This document shows positions 55,001-64,000 of a DNA stretch of 64,000 bases, piece after piece. Each line of letters opens with the position of its first letter. The first letter of the stretch is position 1. The notes beneath the pieces are model-generated. The model saw only the letters and a list, made by a program, of their open reading frames with translations, had not been told where the DNA came from and ran no database searches. This DNA is from Eledone cirrhosa (lineage: Eukaryota), in NCBI GenBank assembly GCA_964016885.1, contig OZ024741.1:390352001-390416000 (forward strand), read 5' to 3'. A program made the position numbers and the translations under genes.

Positions 55001-56726
55001 GGCCTGGGCCATTGAGAAGATCAAACTCAATCCCAAAGTGTTCTTTTCATTTGCAAAAAAACACAAAATCACTGGCTCTACTGTTGGCCCTCTAATTGAT
55101 GAAAATGGCACTCTTCAAGACAATGCTAAAACCATGGGTGAGATACTGCAGAAACAATACTGCTCTGTTTTCAGCAATCCTGATATGGCCGATCTGGGCT
55201 GTATCGGCGATGTTACTCCCCATTACACCTTATCGGACATAACGTTTGGCGCCCCTGATGTCTTGGCGGCAATAAAGGAAATCAAGCATAATTCAGCAGT
55301 AGGTCCCGATAGGTTCCCTGCTTGTGTCTTGAAGGCGTGTCAACACCAACTTGCATCTCCTCTTGCCAATCTGTGGCGGAACTCACTGGATGCTGGATAT
55401 GTGCCAGAAAACCTTCTATCCCAGTCTGTTGTCCCAGTTTTCAAAAAGGGAAACAAATCCCTTGCCGTGAATTACCGTCCAATCTCACTCACCTCTCATA
55501 TCATTAAGGTATTTGAGCGAGTGGTGAGATCGCGAATGACCCACTTCCTTGAGAGTAACAATATGCTGAACTCCAACCAGCATGGATTCCGTAATGGAAG
55601 GGATTGCCTGACGCAGCTACTGCATCACTTTGATGACATTTTGAGAGCCTTGGGAGAGGGTTCCAACACTGATGTTATCTACCTTGATTTCAGCAAGGCC
55701 TTTGACAGGGTTGATCATAACATTCTACTGAGAAAGCTGTCCAATATTGGTGTCACTGGAAAGCTGCTGCAGTGGATCAAGAGCTTCCTGTCAAACAGAA
55801 CCCAACATGTTGTAGTTGAGGGAGTCAAATCAAGCCCAGCCAAAGTCAGTAGTGGAGTCCCACAAGGCACTGTGTTGGGCCCACTTCTCTTCATCATCTA
55901 TATTAATGACATCACTGACATCATCAAACACAGCAACAACATCATCAAACGTGGCATCTAACAACATCAGAGACTTGGGAGTAACCGTGGACAGCAACAT
56001 AAGCTGGACCACGCATATAAGCAGCAAAGTTGACATGGCCCGCAGAATGTGTTCCTGGATCCTCAGAACCTTCCAGTCGAGAGATTCCCGCACCATTATC
56101 CTTCTCTTCTCTACTTTCGCCCGACCACACCTTGAATACTGTTGTCCACTGTGGTCTCCTCACACGAAACAAAGTATCATGAAACTTGAAGCTCCTCAAA
56201 GGGCAATCACGAAAAAGATAGATGGCATGTCAGACCTTGACTACTGGGGTCGATTAGAAAACCTGAAACTTTACACACTCCAACGTCGCCGTGAGCGTTA
56301 TATTATCTGCATGATGTGGAAAATGTTCCATCATCACTGCCCAAATGATGTTGGCATCGCCTTCAAGATACACCCAAGGCTTGGGCCCCGTGCTATCCGT
56401 CCCATTCAAAAATCTAAATCGCAACTCATAACAACAATACGGCACAATTATTTCACCTCAATCGGCCCTGCTCTCTTCAACATCACACCAGGACACGTCA
56501 AAACAGAAACTGACCACACAAAATTCAAGAAGTCTTTGGACAAATTCCTCCAAGTAATCCCGGACAAACCACCCACACCCGGATATGTCTCCGCAAACAG
56601 TAATTCTCTTCTCGAATGGGCCATGGTGCCCAAATCCTGAATTGAAAGACTTCGCCAGGTGGTGCTATTAAGTTAGACATGGCCTGGGCCAATACTGGCC
56701 AAAACATTTCAAAGTTATTCAAAGTT
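52006..56726 (+). mobile_element. Apparently full-length CR1-group LINE (Myb-like/CCCH/APE/RT), damaged
   Basis: ~670-bp 5'UTR with a ~238-bp tandem duplication; ORFs 52678..54270, 54309..55961 and ~55950..56640. Frameshift near 54230 and a 205-bp deletion removing FADD. Confidence 0.9.
52678..56640 (+). pseudogene. LINE polyprotein: Myb/SANT-like, polyQ, 2x CCCH zinc finger, AP endonuclease, RT
   Basis: NWSDNEIDILINTW..RSEQQIQNKLKQI; CRYSLRYRICTDSGCKFTH; CRFSLRGRLCLDRDCPFTH; LNAQG, LTETHL, YRPP, GDFN, SDH; RT motifs. Confidence 0.85.
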
Positions 56727-56810
56727 ATATATGTATATATATGTATATATAGATATGTATATGTATATATATATGTATATATATATATGTATATGTATAT
56801 ATATATGATA

Positions 56811-57010
56811 NNNNNNNNNNNNNNNNNNNNNNNNNNNNNNNNNNNNNNNNNNNNNNNNNNNNNNNNNNNNNNNNNNNNNNNNNNNNNNNNNNNNNNNNNN
56901 NNNNNNNNNNNNNNNNNNNNNNNNNNNNNNNNNNNNNNNNNNNNNNNNNNNNNNNNNNNNNNNNNNNNNNNNNNNNNNNNNNNNNNNNNNNNNNNNNNNN
57001 NNNNNNNNNN
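56811..57010. other. Assembly gap (200 N)
   Basis: Direct reading. Confidence 1.
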
Positions 57011-58830
<1,820 letters not shown>

Positions 58831-59787
58831 AAGCTCCTACATAAATTGGTATAATTTCACCCATATTGTAGGAATCCTATAATGAAACGTGACGTCCGTC
58901 TGGGAAGAGATATATTCGATATGTCTCATATGAAATAATACAGCCAATTTTCCACGCAACACTTTTAGTTAGCACCCCGAACGCATAATGGGGAATATAA
59001 TCACTTATTTCCTAATGTTTGTTGAGTGAGTTGGAATTTGGCCGGAGTATCGCTAAAAAGCTTTCTCCGATATTGTATTTATTTATTTACTCTTGGCGCA
59101 ACAGATTTGAAATTCCCGGTATAAGGTTAGGCTTTCTTTGTTTATTTTTTACATATGAATATTGATTGTTCCTTATATCTCATTCTGTTATTTTGCCCGA
59201 GATAATATCTGTGTGTGTCATCAAATGTTGTACACACATAGATATTTTTTCAATTTCCAATTGAGTTCTTAGCACATGGCCTGAATTCCTTTTAGAGTTC
59301 ATTGTCATGCGCATGTATTGTTTTTTTTGGCGGTCATTTACTTCCTCATTTTTGAATCAGTTTGAGCATTTCTTTAGAACTGCTGGACTGGCAACCTGAC
59401 AGATACCTCAGGCACAGATGATGATTATCGCTAAATACGGATGTTGGTTAGATTATCAATATTAGTATTATTGGGGCACCCACTGATGAATTATAGGAGC
59501 CCATTTGAATATATATCTATTGATGGTATACAAGCTCCTACATAATTTGGTATAATTTCACCCATATTGTAGGAATCCTATAATGAAACGAGACGTCCGT
59601 CTGGGAAGAGATGTATTCGATATGTCTCATATGAAATAATACAGCCAATTTTCCACACAATACTTTTAGTTAGCACCCCGAATGCATTATTGGGAATATA
59701 ATCACTTATTTCCTAATGTTTGTTGAGTGAGTTGGAATTTGGCCAGAGTATCGCTAAAAAGCTTTCTCCAATATTGTATTTATTTAT
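58831..59787 (+). mobile_element. Retrozyme-like / pLTR-only partial tandem repeat, 701-bp period
   Basis: Direct repeats 58831-59086 and 59532-59787, no ORF, complete hammerhead at 59479-59605 and its 3' half at 58875-58904. Confidence 0.7.
59479..59605 (+). ncRNA. Type-I hammerhead with large helix II insertion
   Basis: CCCA-CTGATGA-ATTATAGGA[77 nt]TCCTATAAT-GAAA-CG-aGACGTC-CG-TC^TGGG; canonical GUC. Confidence 0.8.
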
Positions 59788-59792
59788 ATATG

Positions 59793-59842
<50 letters not shown>

Positions 59843-60048
59843 TGTATATGTATGTATATATGTATGTATATATGTATGTATATATGTATGTATATATGTA
59901 TATATATATATGTATATATATATGTATATATGTATGTATATATATATGTATATATATATGTATATATGTATATATATATGTATATATGTATATATATATG
60001 TATATATGTATATATATATGTATATATATATATATGTATATATATATG

Positions 60049-60079
<31 letters not shown>

Positions 60080-60136
60080 GTATATATATATATGTATATA
60101 TATATATGTATATATATATATGTATATATATATATG

Positions 60137-60203
<67 letters not shown>

Positions 60204-60211
60204 GTGTATAA

Positions 60212-60260
<49 letters not shown>

Positions 60261-60328
60261 CATATATTGGGAAGTTTCCATATAAACTTTCATTTGTAAT
60301 ACGTTGACACAGTTTATATATACACACA

Positions 60329-60365
<37 letters not shown>

Positions 60366-60369
<4 letters not shown>

Positions 60370-60477
60370 AAAAAGTATGACCCCCGACAGCAGAGCTCAA
60401 GCCGTATCGACTACTATTTCTGGAAATAGCCATTGAAACGGCTTGAGCTCTGCCGTCGGGGTCATACTTTTTCCTAT
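60366..60477. repeat. ~40-bp-arm inverted repeat abutting (TA)n
   Basis: TAGGAAAAAGTATGACCCC..GCAGAGCTCAAGCCGT / ACGGCTTGAGCTCTGC..GGGGTCATACTTTTTCCTA. Confidence 0.85.
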
Positions 60478-60782
60478 TACCCACTCTACTACCCTAAGTA
60501 TTGAGTACTCTGGTGCGTTATGGTCCATCTGGTTCCTTACCACAATTCCTTCGTTATATATATATATATATATATATCATATGGCATACACAGATAACAA
60601 AACATGTTACCATCATAATAAGTAAGTAAATTTATTCAGTTTTAAAATGTGAAAAAATGTTGAAATTGTCAAGATATAACTTGAAGTACATAATTTACAT
60701 ACAATGAAATTTGACTGAAACTGCTGGATAGAAAGCTGGCTAGCTTGCCTGTTCTGTAAACTGGATTGTAGAGAGTTAATTC

Positions 60783-60813
<31 letters not shown>

Positions 60814-61554
60814 TAAATAAAAATCATAGCTCCCTAACTGCTTGGAAAAGCATTCAATTTAATCTGACTAGACAGACAGACGTTATTCCGTATAGCCAGT
60901 GGTGGAAAGCTCCGATGAAAAGAAGATCCAGAAAAGTCTACTGTTGTCTCACGAAGAAGGAACAGATAGTTATTCAATGCTTCACTAGGAGAAAAAGCAC
61001 AAGGAAGACAACAAAGTAGAGGTGGAAAGGGTAGGTTGGGGGGGGGGGGCTAAAAAAATTGAAATTAATACAAAATTTAAAAAATATTCTCATTGACCAT
61101 ATTAAAAAATATTAATAATAATAACAAACAAATGGAGGGAGAAAGGAGAGGAAACCTTTACATCAACATTTTAATTTTATATTTTTATTCCTTTTCTTCT
61201 TTACAGCATATATTTGCCCTCTGCCCTTCTAGCTGTTGTCAACTGAAGGGAATTCTTACTGAAACATCAAGGCATTGCAGCTAGAAGAAATACCACATTT
61301 CTAGCAACCAGCTATTGTATGTGTGTGTGCATGTGTGTGTGTACGCGCATGTGTGTGTCTGTGTTTTCTTTGAGCTTTATAAAAGTTCTTTGCAATCACT
61401 AACAAAGTGACAAAACCTTTGGTTTGAGCCAAGAGATCCAGAGATTTGTAAATGTATTAGTGAACTAGTCTATGTATATACAGAAGTTTATGTTTAGTGC
61501 ACTTGCTACTTGTTATGGGTGTGTATGTTTCTTTAGCATGTATGATTACTCTTT

Positions 61555-61692
61555 ATGTGTATATATGCCATATACATGTGATTGTATGTATGTGTATATA
61601 TGCCATATACATGTGATTGTATGTATGTGTATATATGCCATATACATGTGATTGTATGTATGTGTATATATGCCATATACATGTGATTGTAT
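61555..61692. repeat. 35-bp tandem repeat x ~4
   Basis: ATGTGTATATATGCCATATACATGTGATTGTATGT units. Confidence 0.85.
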
Positions 61693-62460
61693 CAAATGTT
61701 CATCATGCTCAGAGATTGAAAACGATAATTTTAGGATTCTTACAAATCTTCACTGTAATACTGATTGTATATGTATGTGTGTGTATGTATGAAGGTGTGA
61801 TAGTGTTTGTGTGTGGAGGTGTGTGTGTAAACATGATATTTTGTATTGGTCTTAATATCTGATCGCTCACTTTTTTTTAGTTTTTTTTTTTTTGTGGTAG
61901 CTGACCACTGACTTTGTTTATGTATTTATTTATTTCTCAGCTTATTGGCTGAGGTAAAATGATGGACAGAAAGATATAATGTTGTCAGAGACCTACCTTA
62001 AACAGCTAACAAGTGGCAACAGGGAAAGCCACAAGACAACACTGAAAAAAATGTCACAGCCCACAGGTGAATCTACACTTGCAATATCAGGACCCCTTTA
62101 GGTGACTAAATATATATATATATATACACATAATACACACACACATATACATAAACACACACGCACATACATACACACACACATATATATATATATATGT
62201 GTACACATATAAAGCCACCAAGGAGTCACAGAAGAAAGCAGTGTCACACTATTGTTATTATTGAACATACAAGTTTCTTTTTTTGTGTGTGAAAAAAAAA
62301 AAAATTAAATAAAAAATTTAATAAGAAAAAATACGTTTGCCCTCCAACTAAAAAAAACCATTATATTTTAATAATCTTTAGATTCTTTGGAATATAAATT
62401 TCAGAATTCCAGTTGCAACTACTTTAAGCAATAGCAATAATGGCAAGTAGAATGTAACAG

Positions 62461-62658
62461 AGAACCAGGCAATAACCCCCAGTACCAGACAGTACCAGAC
62501 AGTAACCCCCAGTACCAAGTAGTAACCCCTAGTACCAGACAGTACCAGACAGTAACCCCTAGTACCAGGCAATAACCCCCAGTACCAGACAGTAACCCCC
62601 AGTACCAAGTAGTAACCCCTAGTACCAGACAGTACCAGACAGTACCAGACAGTAACCC
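62461..62658. repeat. 10-bp-unit minisatellite with higher-order ~90-bp structure
   Basis: AGTACCAGAC / AGTAACCCC(C/T) units. Confidence 0.9.
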
Positions 62659-63923
62659 AATGTTCAAAGTTTCAACTTTCTTATTGCCATTATGAATTTC
62701 ATATCATATTTTAAAATGTATTCAACATGTCTTCACCCCACCCCACCACCCCACCCCACACACACACACTGAGTCACACCAGAACAGGACAGGTTTCAAA
62801 TTTTCAAAGATTCATTTAAAAGATAATTCTGTTAAGAATTTACTGAAGAAAATATAATACAATAGATATTTTACATACATACCTACAGACATACATATAC
62901 ACATATACTATATGCAAATACATACATATACACACACATAAACACAGACAGCACACACAACCAGTTGTGATAAACAATATAAAATTTATCAATTTATCCT
63001 GAATGTCATGATAAGAACTGGTGAATATGTACATGTATATGTGTGTTTACGTATGAATGTGCAATGTGCATGCACTACCAAACTGCCTGCAAAGGTGTCA
63101 CCTTCAATATTATCAGAAATAATCATGAAATTAAAACAAAAAAAAAAAAGAGAGAAAAAATACATCTGTTTCCATTCTGAATGACTCACAGCTGAAGGAA
63201 TTAAGTTTCACATAAAAGGCAAAAGGCAAAACAGATTTTTTTTGTTTTGTTCGGAATTCTCATTCAAATCAATCTAATGCTCAGATCAAGGTTCAGTACC
63301 CAAATAAGGGTTCAATACCCAGATCAGGGTTGAAAACCTGCAAGAAAATTGCAACTAGTCATTCATTAATTTATTTTTGTTTGTGTTTATTTTATTATAT
63401 ATAATTTCATACTTAATTTTTTTTTCTTTCTTAGAGCCATTTTCTACAAACGGTTGTCTAAGCACTGTATCGTTTCATTTTTTTGTTTGTTTGTTTTGGA
63501 TTGTTTCAGTTTTTGTTTTTTTCTTTCTGGTTTCTCATCACCAGAAATTTTTTTTTTTTTGGGGGGGGGGGGGTATTTTTTTGTTTATAGATAAGGGCAA
63601 CACCTTCAGAAAAGTGGATTTATCAACCACATGTGCTGCTAACAACCTTCATTCAGAATTCATGCTTAAAGCTATATAATATCTTTTAATACAACTTAAA
63701 CAAACTGGGCAAAACAGAGTTTTCTTTTCTACAGGTTATAGTTGTGGAAAAAAACAAAACTGTTATAAATCTATGAGATTTGTATATGTGTGTGTGCATG
63801 TATGTGTGTGTATATAGATGAATAAGATCTCAACACAAATGCATGTTACCTAAGGTTTCAAACTTCAACCAGCATAGAATATGAACATTCTATATCTGGT
63901 AGTTTAGTTATCTTCAGGAAAAA

Positions 63924-63960
<37 letters not shown>

Positions 63961-64000
63961 CATGTGTGAGTGTTATCTAACAATGTAGAGGGCTAGACTC

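Noticed and set aside
62461-62658. Regularly spaced repeats resembling a CRISPR array
   Set aside because: No unique spacers, 10-bp periodicity, eukaryotic context: a minisatellite.

Overview
AT-rich eukaryotic (metazoan) DNA made up almost entirely of transposable-element remnants nested in long (TA)n/(TATG)n microsatellites, with a 200-N assembly gap at 56811-57010. The repeat style (tRNA-derived SINE with the GCCTTTCATCC..GGGGTCGATAAAATAAAGTACCAG core, RTE LINEs with (GAT)n tails, extreme TA microsatellites) suggests an octopus/coleoid cephalopod genome; this is inference. No host protein-coding exon could be supported. Elements seen: two near-full-length RTE LINEs (one with three C-terminal C2H2 fingers, one with a PHD-like finger inside the RT region); a CR1-group LINE family in three copies, whose long copy has an unusual Myb/SANT-like + 2xCCCH N-terminus in frame with the AP endonuclease; two Penelope-like elements (Neptune-like and Naiad-like) plus remnants; R4/Dong-, HERO- and CRE-like restriction-like-endonuclease fragments; SINEs, MITEs and a ~510-bp tandem array. 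The main signal not explained by the ORF track is a set of about a dozen type-I hammerhead ribozyme motifs (about 8 with an intact CUGANGA/GAAA core), nearly all with a self-complementary helix III. They sit in Penelope 3' ends, in small non-coding fold-back elements and in a 701-bp retrozyme-like partial tandem repeat. Coordinates were read by eye and TE boundaries are approximate.
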